Shown here: piece after piece, positions 56,418 through 64,000 of the stretch
Numbering within the stretch: the stretch's first letter is position 1
Layout of the letters: each line of letters starts with the position of its first letter
NCBI GenBank assembly: GCA_964510885.1
Contig: CAZEDL010000001.1
Location: forward strand, 129,310-193,309
Source: an uncultured Gammaproteobacteria bacterium
GTDB lineage: Bacteria > Patescibacteriota > Patescibacteriia > Magasanikbacterales > GWA2-37-8
DNA: 64,000 bases
Direction: 5' to 3'
Translations under genes and position numbers: made by a program
The notes under the pieces: generated by a model
Database searches by the model: none
What the model was told of the DNA's origin: nothing
The model's input: only the letters and a program-made list of their open reading frames with translations

Positions 56418-57928
56418 AAAAATTTAGCGACCAATTGTTTAATAAATTGCGGCGTCAGGGCTCCGGTGACAAACAATAAGGCAACATATACCGCGCCGCC
56501 AATCGGAATAGTAAATAGAAAATAAATATAGCGAGACAAGACTGCGACTACCACCGCCATGATACCAGCCGGTAAAAGCACCTGTCCAAGATACGTAAGC
56601 AAAACCATGACTCTGATTGAAACTTTGCGCCGCACCATCAGCAACCCGGTAACACAGAGTAATCCATTAGTCACCACCTCCACTCCGGCCGCCCCAATGA
56701 TACCAAACCGCGGAATCAAAATAATATTTAAAATAATATTGCAGCCAAGACTAATTGCCAGCAGAATAGTTTGTGTCACTTGATTGCCCGTAGCATTCAA
56801 CGTGGCACCGGTTACCAGACTCAAAAAGCCAAACCATACGCTGGCTAATAAAATTTGCAGCACCGGAGCTGCGGGCAAAAAATCGGCTCCATAGATCAAC
56901 GTAATAATCGGATGCGCCAATACTCCGATACCGAACACCACCGGGAATAACACTATGAATAAATAGCGCCAAGATTTTTCAAATAACTCTACCACCTTAG
57001 AGCGGTCAGTCATAAACCAGCTACTCATGGCCGGATAAATACTGGCGGTAAGAGCAATCGGAATAAACTGAAAGGCAGTGACAATTTTATTCCCGAGTCC
57101 CCACCAACCAAGATCGTGGGGACTGAGCAATTTTGAAATCAACACCGTGTCTGTGTAGGAGTATAACCGGCCGATAAAACTAGCCAGGGCAAACGGCCAA
57201 GCCAGTAAAAACAACATTTTTAGCACCGGCCGGCTGACACCCGTAAAAAAAGCCAGCGAAAATTTTCGCTTCACCACTAGTGCCGCTAAAATTAAATTGC
57301 AGCCGCTCGGAATAGTGTAGGCCAATACTAACCAAAATAAGGGCCACCCATTGAATAGCGCTATCGTACCAATTAGGAGGGTGAGGCCCTGAGCCACTAT
57401 CACCCCAAGTGCCTCATAAAACAAATTCTTATGGGCTCGCAGAATACTGAAAAAGACAGTCTGTAAGTTATCAAACACCATGGTTATTCCAGACACATAT
57501 ACCAGATGCTGAATTTGGACAGAATAATTGAGTACGTGCGCCATTAGAACCACAAAGCCATAAGTGAGAATGCTGAGGACAACTTTGGTAGACAGCACGG
57601 TCGGGACAAGTTCTTGTTCACGACCTGGGGTACGTGCAATTTCCCGCGTTAATACGGGCCCGAAACCAACATCTGCGAGCACGCTAAAAATCGTGGTAAA
57701 AGTAATGGCGAAAAAATAAGCCCCAGTCTGCTCCACCCCCAAAAAGCGTGCAACCAAAGTAAAGTACACGAACGAAATGATTTTTTGCAAAATCGAAGCC
57801 CCTGTCAAAAACGAAGCATTTTGAGTGACAGAATATGCCATATTATATCTATCAGCATAGCTGATTACAGCTAAAAAAACAACTTTATTTATATAAGAAG
57901 TAATACGCTTGTAATGAACAACCCTCAC
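56414..57928 (-). CDS. wzx: Polysaccharide biosynthesis flippase (Wzx/MOP superfamily)
   Basis: 504 aa with 12-14 TM helices in Wzx-like organisation. GTG start. Overlaps the GT4 gene by 4 nt. Confidence 0.75.
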   Translation of the reverse strand: MRVVHYKRITSYINKVVFLAVISYADRYNMAYSVTQNASFLTGASILQKIISFVYFTLVARFLGVEQTGAYFFAITFTTIFSVLADVGFGPVLTREIARTPGREQELVPTVLSTKVVLSILTYGFVVLMAHVLNYSVQIQHLVYVSGITMVFDNLQTVFFSILRAHKNLFYEALGVIVAQGLTLLIGTIALFNGWPLFWLVLAYTIPSGCNLILAALVVKRKFSLAFFTGVSRPVLKMLFLLAWPFALASFIGRLYSYTDTVLISKLLSPHDLGWWGLGNKIVTAFQFIPIALTASIYPAMSSWFMTDRSKVVELFEKSWRYLFIVLFPVVFGIGVLAHPIITLIYGADFLPAAPVLQILLASVWFGFLSLVTGATLNATGNQVTQTILLAISLGCNIILNIILIPRFGIIGAAGVEVVTNGLLCVTGLLMVRRKVSIRVMVLLTYLGQVLLPAGIMAVVVAVLSRYIYFLFTIPIGGAVYVALLFVTGALTPQFIKQLVAKFL

Positions 57929-58125
57929 CTGTCATTCCGACCGGGCACAGCCACGAGCCTGCCTGCGGAGCGAATAATCTCTGTCGAATTTAGGAACACA
58001 TATCCAGTTACCGCATAATCACCGCTCTGTCATCCTGAGTGAAACGAAGGATCCCTTGGCGATGGTGATGAGTGGAATTCTCCGCTCCGCTCAGAATGAC
58101 AAGTGGGAACATATGAACCAGCTCT
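57929..58125. repeat. Intergenic block with GTCATTCC-family palindromic units
   Basis: CTGTCATTCCGACCGGGCAC at 57930-49. TGTCATCCTGAG (58028-39) pairs with CTCAGAATGACA (58090-101) across a ~50-nt spacer. CTTGTCATTC is shared with unit B1. Confidence 0.55.
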
Positions 58126-58146
58126 AATTATTCATTAAATACTCTT

Positions 58147-58184
58147 AAAAAATAAAACCTCCCTCAGCATCAACCAAGGGAGAT
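58147..58184 (-). terminator. Intrinsic terminator of proS (minus strand)
   Basis: On the minus strand: CTCCCT-12 nt-AGGGAG followed by a U-run, which is the plus-strand A-run at 58147-58157. Confidence 0.6.
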
Positions 58185-58204
58185 TTAATTGTACTAAGCT
58201 TGGA

Positions 58205-59440
58205 TTAAAGGTGACTCAGAATGTCTGCAAAAGACGCCACTTCAGCTTCTGTTTGCGAACGTTTTTTAATTTCTACTCCCTGATTAGCCAGTGTCTTTTT
58301 AGACACCACCAGACGGGTAGGTATCCCAATCAAATCTGCATCTGCAAACTTCGCCCCCGCCGATACCTGAGAACGATCGTCGTATAGCACCTCAATCCCT
58401 TTATCAAGTAGATATGCATACAATTTTTCAGCCGCCGCCAGAACTTCCCCATCTCCCCCCAGCACCACCAGGTGAACTTGGTAAGGGGCGACTGCAGCTG
58501 GCCATCTAATACCCTTCTCATCATTAAACACCTCAACAATCGTACCCATAATCCGGGACGGCCCAATACCATAACAACCCATTTCCACCGGCTGCTTTTT
58601 ACCTTCCTGATCGGCAAACGTAAATTCAAACGCTCCCGAAAACCGCTGGTGCAGTTTGAAAATATTCCCAACTTCAATCCCCCGTCGCTCCTCAAGATCA
58701 ACATTGTTACACTTAGGGCAGTAATTATGTTCATCAATAATTTCACGATTTACACCAATATTACACTTGGTGCAAAGATATACCGTATCTTCACCAATAT
58801 CCGACAGAGTTTGAAATTCATGCGAATAGCGACTGAATACGCCGCCCGAAGCATAGGTTAGTACCGTTTGTTCCCCCAGCCCGAGCCGTTCATAAATTTT
58901 TAAATAAGCCCCCTGAACACGTTCATAATACGCTTCAAGATCTGCTACCGACGTATGAAACGAATACAAATCTTTCATGTTAAATTCCCGCCCACGCAGC
59001 AATCCAGATTTCGCGCGCGGCTCATTGCGGAATTTATTCTGAATTTGGTACACCGCGAGTGGCAAATCATTATAAGAAAAAGCATATTTCTGCACCAAAG
59101 GCGTGACAATCTCTTCATGTGTGGGATTAAGCACCATTTTGGTATCACCTGCTCCAAGGGTATGAAACAGTACATCCATGGTATCGCGGCCAGTTTTAAC
59201 ATAACTCTCTTCTTGGGTCAGAGCCGGCATCAAAATTTCCTGCGCGCCGATCGCATTTAATTCTTCGCGGATAATAGTCTGAATCTTATTAAGGACACGC
59301 AAACCAAGCGGCAGATAATTATACACCCCAGCCATTTGCTTGGTAATAAACCCACCCTGGGTCAACAATTCTGCATTCCGACTTTCGGCATCCGCCGGCA
59401 CCGATTTGCTAGTTTTTCCAAACAGCGCTGAATAACGCAT
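58205..59440 (-). CDS. proS: Prolyl-tRNA synthetase (short form without editing domain)
   Basis: MRYSALFGKTSKSVPADAESRNAELLTQGGFI is the ProRS N-terminus. Class II motifs, a Zn-binding C..C...C..C module, and a C-terminal anticodon-binding domain. Confidence 0.85.
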   Translation of the reverse strand: MRYSALFGKTSKSVPADAESRNAELLTQGGFITKQMAGVYNYLPLGLRVLNKIQTIIREELNAIGAQEILMPALTQEESYVKTGRDTMDVLFHTLGAGDTKMVLNPTHEEIVTPLVQKYAFSYNDLPLAVYQIQNKFRNEPRAKSGLLRGREFNMKDLYSFHTSVADLEAYYERVQGAYLKIYERLGLGEQTVLTYASGGVFSRYSHEFQTLSDIGEDTVYLCTKCNIGVNREIIDEHNYCPKCNNVDLEERRGIEVGNIFKLHQRFSGAFEFTFADQEGKKQPVEMGCYGIGPSRIMGTIVEVFNDEKGIRWPAAVAPYQVHLVVLGGDGEVLAAAEKLYAYLLDKGIEVLYDDRSQVSAGAKFADADLIGIPTRLVVSKKTLANQGVEIKKRSQTEAEVASFADILSHL

Positions 59441-59627
59441 ATAAAACAGAGATAAGTAAACTTTGCTAACTATAGCATATTTTTATGAAATGGCAAATCT
59501 GATCTGAATGATAATTACAAGGAAATATAATTAAAAAATAAAATCTCGTAAATAACCATTTACAATTTTCTTGACTTGACTACTAAAAACTTGCTATGTA
59601 CTTAACTAGACAAGTATGGAGGAGTCC

Positions 59628-60278
59628 ATGGAAAAATCAGAAATTGTTGTTTTTTTCGTAACCGACGCCAGGCAGTGGCACACCGAGCGGCTGCGCAGAA
59701 TCGGAGCCAATATCGGAGTGTACTGCATAGAAAACCATGTTCGGCGCCCAGTCATTTGCACTGCGGCGAATGGCAAACACTCAGTATGGACTTATTTCTG
59801 GGTGATCTGGGGTCTAAAAGGAGGCTTTCGCGGCTTGAGCAGATTCTTGCCATATTTCCGCCGAGAAGCCAACTCAGAAAACAAAGACGGGCGCGAGGAG
59901 ACGAAGCTGCTCTTCGACCATATCTGGGAAGGTCACTTTGCTGGGGAAACCCGCAGGCAAGGTGATCCCAGTCACGCGCACAGTGGATGGGTGACGAGCG
60001 TGCTCGTGGTTGGCCACCATGAGGCATTGAATCGGGTGCTCATCAGGCTCATACGCGAGTATATGGCGCCTGTAAAAGCGGGGCTCGTACCAATCTTGGC
60101 CGAAGCAGGGCTCGACGGTCGCCACCGTCAAAAAAAGCCCCCATTCACTCTCGGCAAAGCCGAGTTAGTAATCATGCGATTTGAACTTGACCCCAGTAAT
60201 AATTATTCGACCACGCTCATATCGATTGAGCATGGTATCGAGCTGAGCGCCACCGACACCCCTCCCACAATCGAATAG
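59628..60278 (+). CDS. Hypothetical protein (orphan); start set to second ATG preceded by GGAGGAG
   Basis: Strong SD GGAGGAG 3 nt upstream of the ATG at 59628. Locally higher GC with many overlapping shadow ORFs. No recognisable family. Confidence 0.4.
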   Translation: MEKSEIVVFFVTDARQWHTERLRRIGANIGVYCIENHVRRPVICTAANGKHSVWTYFWVIWGLKGGFRGLSRFLPYFRREANSENKDGREETKLLFDHIWEGHFAGETRRQGDPSHAHSGWVTSVLVVGHHEALNRVLIRLIREYMAPVKAGLVPILAEAGLDGRHRQKKPPFTLGKAELVIMRFELDPSNNYSTTLISIEHGIELSATDTPPTIE

Positions 60279-60375
60279 CCGCCATCTTCGCCGCTTCCGA
60301 CGACATCCCCCACCCTTTCTATCTATTTAGAGGATAAAAAGGGAGGAGAAAAATACTGATGTCGCCTGAAGTAAT

Positions 60376-60400
60376 AAAACCCTCCACTGGAGGGTTTTAT
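60376..60400. terminator. Bidirectional terminator between convergent genes
   Basis: AAAACCCTCC-actg-GAGGGTTTTATT. Confidence 0.7.
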
Positions 60401-60407
60401 TATTTAT

Positions 60408-60728
60408 TTATTCTTCGCTAGTCTTTTTTAATTCCTTTTCAAGCCCTGTCCAGCGCTTACGCAACTCTCGGACCAGCATATTTTTGACATCAACTGCCAA
60501 CTCGCGTTTGGCAGCATACTCTTCCACTGCCCGCTCAACCAAGGCATCGTACATTTCACGGGTTGGCCCATCGAGTTGGCTAATACTGTCTTTAAGTTCG
60601 GCGTAAAGCGGATCGAGGTGGAGCTTGATTTTGGCGCGAAGCTCTTTGCCTTTCGGAGTGGCGTTGAGCCAGACCAGGGCAGCCCCGAGTAATCCCCCGA
60701 CTACCAACCCTTTATTAAATCTTCCCAT
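60408..60728 (-). CDS. YtxH-like (DUF948) small membrane-associated protein
   Basis: MGRFNKGLVVGGLLGAALVWLNATPKGKELRAKI matches the YtxH N-terminal motif. Start set to the internal ATG at 60728. Confidence 0.5.
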   Translation of the reverse strand: MGRFNKGLVVGGLLGAALVWLNATPKGKELRAKIKLHLDPLYAELKDSISQLDGPTREMYDALVERAVEEYAAKRELAVDVKNMLVRELRKRWTGLEKELKKTSEE

Positions 60729-60753
60729 AGAATAGAGGTTAGTTAAGTAAAGA

Positions 60754-61614
60754 TTATGTGCCACACCCAGGAGTAGCGGATCCTCCGCTACCACTTGAAT
60801 CCGCTGCTGTGCCAAAACCAGGCACAAAAGCTACCGTACTGAGTGTTTGACCGCACTCAGCTGGTGGATTATTGAAAGAAGCACAGACGGCTTGTTTAAT
60901 CGCTTCGGGGCTGCGGGAACTGTCGATAATAGCACCGTTAATCACGAGGGTCGGAGAACCTTGAACACCGTAGCCTTCGCTCGCAGTTTGATCAATGGGG
61001 AAAATCGGGAATTGACCGGAGAGCCACTTGGACTGATCATTATACTGTGCCATCACGCCGAATTGTTTATCTGTTTTATCGGTACAGACTTTTAGTTTGC
61101 CAGTGTTCACTTTGGCGCTCGCAAGGCAGCCATCGGAATTGCCACCGGCGGCAAAACAGGAAAGATAGGCCTGGAAGACTTTTGGTTGTTCTGACTCAAT
61201 GCAGTGCTGGCGGGTATTTTCTTCTACTTCCTTTAGCCCGTGCATGGCATAATGCACAAATTTCAGATCAAAATCGGCTTTTTTGCCGAGTGTCTGCCAG
61301 ACCGGCAAGAAGCCTTTTTCCATCTGGAGTCCATAAGGGCAATAAGACATGACAAATAGTTCTACTTTTGGGCGATCACTCTTTGGAATATTGGCCGGAG
61401 GTGGGGGCAAGGCCTTAGCATTGGCAACATCATCAGCTGTTGCCTTATAGGCATAATTTGATGAGGGTCCGGCCGAACCAAATTGTAGAGTGCCACGAGC
61501 CAACAGACTCAACATGATAATGAAACCGAGAGTACAGAGTACCAAAAGTCCAGACACACAGCCGATGATCAGAGCGGATCTAGGATCTAAATTATCGAAG
61601 AGATTTTTTTGCAT
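60754..61614 (-). CDS. Membrane-anchored thioredoxin-fold (DsbA-like) thiol-disulfide oxidoreductase
   Basis: N-terminal TM segment. CxxC active site VMSYCPYGLQ. Thioredoxin-fold C-terminal part. Start set to the ATG at 61614. Confidence 0.65.
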   Translation of the reverse strand: MQKNLFDNLDPRSALIIGCVSGLLVLCTLGFIIMLSLLARGTLQFGSAGPSSNYAYKATADDVANAKALPPPPANIPKSDRPKVELFVMSYCPYGLQMEKGFLPVWQTLGKKADFDLKFVHYAMHGLKEVEENTRQHCIESEQPKVFQAYLSCFAAGGNSDGCLASAKVNTGKLKVCTDKTDKQFGVMAQYNDQSKWLSGQFPIFPIDQTASEGYGVQGSPTLVINGAIIDSSRSPEAIKQAVCASFNNPPAECGQTLSTVAFVPGFGTAADSSGSGGSATPGCGT

Positions 61615-61705
61615 AAGCGTACAGTGAAAAAATAAATGCATCTTAGGCTTAGTACACATCATTGTACCGTAGACTTGTGAATAGTCAAGCAATACAAGCT
61701 GTTTT

Positions 61706-62530
61706 TTAGTCAGTTTTTTTAGCGATCAAATGAACATTAGGTGATGGAAACCGACAGAGTAGTCGTGATTCGATATTCACGCTTGAATTAACGATATGTT
61801 TGATTATTTTCATGATCACTCCCCCACTCTGGTTATTTGTTTCAGCAAAATAAGCTTCGTTATTTAATTGGGATAGGCCTTTCGCAGTAGCTGCTCGGTG
61901 CATGAGTTTAAAGCTCATCACATTCAGTAGCTGCCCGAGGAGATGTTCTCCATAGCGTACTTCAAGAATTTCAAAACCGGCGGCTTGTACCGTTTGTTTT
62001 AAACTCTGCCGGGAAAAATATTGGATATGGCCGGCATATTTTTTGGTCAGATCATTTTTTAGCTGCAGCTTGTGGAGCCAATGCCATAATGACAGACAAT
62101 CATCTTCACAGGGAACAAAGGCATACAACCGGCCGCCCGGCTTGAGGACACGGTGAGATTCTTTAAGAAGGGAGACCGGATCGGGTACATGCTCGAGAAC
62201 ATCAAAGATCAACACCATATCAAGCTCTTGATCTGCATATGGTAAACGATCTGGGGTGCTGAGCGCATATTCGACTCCATCGCCTAGCGCCTGTGCTTGT
62301 GTAATGGCGGTTTCGCTTATATCTGAGCCATAACACATGAGTTCCGGTCGGGCTTGTTTTATTGCTCGGATAAATTGGCCAAGGCCGCACCCAATTTCCA
62401 TGACTTTGGCACTGGCGGGCAAAATTTTTACCGCTTTGAGCGCTTGAGACAGTCGAAAACTGGTTGGAGATGACCAATTAAGGCGGGCAGTACCTTTGCC
62501 CCACAGTGATTCGTTATAATCAAAAGACAT
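61706..62530 (-). CDS. Class I SAM-dependent methyltransferase
   Basis: VMEIGCGLGQF (motif I), DMVLIFDVLEHV (motif II/III). Confidence 0.8.
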   Translation of the reverse strand: MSFDYNESLWGKGTARLNWSSPTSFRLSQALKAVKILPASAKVMEIGCGLGQFIRAIKQARPELMCYGSDISETAITQAQALGDGVEYALSTPDRLPYADQELDMVLIFDVLEHVPDPVSLLKESHRVLKPGGRLYAFVPCEDDCLSLWHWLHKLQLKNDLTKKYAGHIQYFSRQSLKQTVQAAGFEILEVRYGEHLLGQLLNVMSFKLMHRAATAKGLSQLNNEAYFAETNNQSGGVIMKIIKHIVNSSVNIESRLLCRFPSPNVHLIAKKTD

Positions 62531-62540
62531 GTTTTAAATA

Positions 62541-63713
62541 TCAACTAAGTACTTGTTTATCAGACACACTATAATAAACCTGTTCCAGCTTGGCAATATG
62601 TGCTTCCCACGAAAAATCGATGATCATACGGGTGCGCCCGGCAGAACCAAAGGCAGAGTGTTTATCCGGAGATAACTGCAATATGCTTTTTAGTTTGTCC
62701 GCTAAATCGATCTGATCTCCGGCTTGAAATAGCAAGCCGTCTACACCGTCTCTCACTCTTTCGGCCAAACCAGGAATGCTACTAACGACAACCGGGCAGC
62801 CAGCGGAGAGCGACTCGCTCAGCACCAACGAAAACGATTCACCGCGATCGGCCGGTATTACGGTGCAGGCGGCGGCGTTGTAATACTGATTCAGAACTCT
62901 GGAGTCTTCGAGGCGACCGGCAAATATCACCAGGCCGGCCAAGCCTTCTGTTTCAACGAGGGCGCGATATTCTGCTGCGGCGTACCCGCTGCCAACTACC
63001 AATAAGCGTGCATCCGGTTCGACTTCATGAATCTTAGAGAAGGCTCGGATTAGAAGATCCAGGCGTTTGAAAGGAATTAGATTACCAACAAATAAAATGA
63101 TTTTTTTATCCTTTAGTTCAGGAAATGGAAACTGCTCCCAATTCACTGGTTCTGGTTTAAAAATAGCGGCATCCACCCCATTTGGAATCACGGTCCATTT
63201 TTTTTCTGCAACGTGCGCGCTTATGCTAGTCGATAAAAAATGAGTGCGATCAACCCCAATGACGTGAGCGGCCTGGCTAATGATGACTGCACTCATTAAA
63301 CGATCATATATCTCCTGCACAACCTGTTTTACAAGTCCGGTAGTGGCGGCTTCCATGTGCACCGTTATGACAAGAGGAATCCCCCATACTCGGCTGGCTA
63401 GCGCCGCCCACTCCGCCCCCCCATAAAATGGATAGTGCAGATGAATAACATCGAAGCCGCGCAAGCGCCAGATTAGCTGAGGCACTACTCCAGCGTCACC
63501 AAGCCTAAGGAGCGGGCAAAGAAGTACGATCGATCCATCTGAGCATGATTCTGAAGAAGTATGGTTGTACTTCAGCGTAAAAACAGTTACTTCGTGACCA
63601 CGCTTTCTTAATTCTTGGGATTCATTGTCTGCCACTGACCCCATGCCGCCAAGGCGAGGAGGAAAAGCCGCTACTACCTGAGCAATCTTCATAAAATAGG
63701 AAACATTACTCAC
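62541..63713 (-). CDS. Family 4 glycosyltransferase
   Basis: GT-B fold. C-terminal ESFSLVLSESLSAGCPVVVSSIPG matches the GT4 motif. Confidence 0.8.
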   Translation of the reverse strand: MSNVSYFMKIAQVVAAFPPRLGGMGSVADNESQELRKRGHEVTVFTLKYNHTSSESCSDGSIVLLCPLLRLGDAGVVPQLIWRLRGFDVIHLHYPFYGGAEWAALASRVWGIPLVITVHMEAATTGLVKQVVQEIYDRLMSAVIISQAAHVIGVDRTHFLSTSISAHVAEKKWTVIPNGVDAAIFKPEPVNWEQFPFPELKDKKIILFVGNLIPFKRLDLLIRAFSKIHEVEPDARLLVVGSGYAAAEYRALVETEGLAGLVIFAGRLEDSRVLNQYYNAAACTVIPADRGESFSLVLSESLSAGCPVVVSSIPGLAERVRDGVDGLLFQAGDQIDLADKLKSILQLSPDKHSAFGSAGRTRMIIDFSWEAHIAKLEQVYYSVSDKQVLS

Positions 63714-64000
63714 GCGAAGAAACTGGCAGCTTCACGTCATTAAGGGCTTGTTGGCGCACCAGGCGAGTGAGTTGTTTATTGAGACGGTCGATATGTACGG
63801 TGAGGCGAAAAATAAGAAAAAAAATACCGGCGAGTGAGAGATAGACTACCAAATCAGCGCCGCGACCGATACCAACCGCTTTAGCGAACATGGCAGTTGA
63901 ATTTGGTACCGCCACCACAATCCCGGCCAGCACCCAAAATACACTCCAGAGCGAAGCGGAGCTAAACGAGAGATCGCCCGCACGATATTTGCCCCACACA
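63706..64000 (-). CDS. DUF2304-like small membrane protein; 5-prime end may lie beyond the window
   Basis: Two TM helices then the basic amphipathic tail IDRLNKQLTRLVRQQALNDV, which is typical of DUF2304 proteins that accompany GT operons. ORF reaches the window edge. Confidence 0.4.
   Translation of the reverse strand, partial: VWGKYRAGDLSFSSASLWSVFWVLAGIVVAVPNSTAMFAKAVGIGRGADLVVYLSLAGIFFLIFRLTVHIDRLNKQLTRLVRQQALNDVKLPVSSRE

Noticed and set aside
57929-58204. Structured housekeeping RNA (SRP, RNase P or tmRNA) in the long spacer upstream of the flippase
   Set aside because: No conserved motifs of those RNAs are present. The region is better explained by the palindromic repeat units plus the proS terminator.
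59675-60131. Three overlapping ORFs on both strands within the 59628-60278 gene
   Set aside because: They are a consequence of locally higher GC. Only the frame with the GGAGGAG ribosome-binding site and a terminator is retained.

Overview
This 64 kb window looks like part of a streamlined bacterial chromosome, roughly 45-48 % GC by eye. Genes are tightly packed with short intergenic spacers and frequent overlaps, and stop codons TAA, TAG and TGA all appear to be in use, so the standard bacterial code applies. I support about 70 protein-coding genes, 4 tRNAs, several intrinsic terminators, a few sigma70-type promoters and several repeat or operator-like elements.

The tRNAs are Lys-TTT, Gly-CCC, Thr-CGT and Gln-TTG. 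Most of the window is housekeeping and cell-envelope content:
- A divisome and elongasome set: ftsB-like, ftsE-ftsX, ftsQ-like, mreB-mreC-mreD-like-mrdA (PBP2), and an M23 EnvC-like peptidase.
- Peptidoglycan precursor genes: a MurE-like Mur ligase lacking its N-terminal domain, alr, ddl, and a DacA-like low-molecular-weight PBP carrying a large N-terminal extension.
- Aminoacyl-tRNA synthetases: lysS, serS, gltX and proS.
- Core replication, translation and stress genes: greA, def, fmt, clpB, priA-like, xer recombinase, mscL, cdd, thpR, and an SPFH protein.

Two surface-glycan loci are present, both under-sampled by the ORF track alone. The first spans 50345-57928 and holds an O-antigen-ligase-like protein, two ABC-2 permeases, an ABC ATPase, GT2, GT4 and a Wzx flippase. 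The second spans 60754-64000 and holds a DsbA-like protein, a SAM methyltransferase, GT4 and a DUF2304 protein.

The objects I found most worth a second look are:
- A structured RNA-like element between tRNA-Gly and a strong bidirectional terminator. It ends in a near-perfect duplicate of the tRNA 3-prime end, which resembles an att-site scar or a novel small RNA.
- A family of GTCATTCC...GGAATGAC palindromic repeats at three intergenic loci. Two copies are 47/50 identical in opposite orientation about 35 kb apart.
- A putative flavinylation module: a membrane-embedded FNR-type reductase, an ApbE FMN transferase, and a membrane-anchored FMN-binding-domain protein.
- A DUF2130 protein with a coiled coil and a nuclease-like C-terminus, sitting beside tRNA-Gln.
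- A CIRCE-like HrcA-type operator directly on the clpB promoter.
- A PriA homologue with a degenerate Walker A motif.
- An RdgB(ITPase)-NUDIX fusion.
- A frameshifted GT28-type glycosyltransferase.
- A multi-frame pseudogene remnant at the 5-prime end of the window.

I saw no CRISPR array, rRNA or intact transposase. Every call here comes from reading the sequence and recognising motifs; I ran no database searches.
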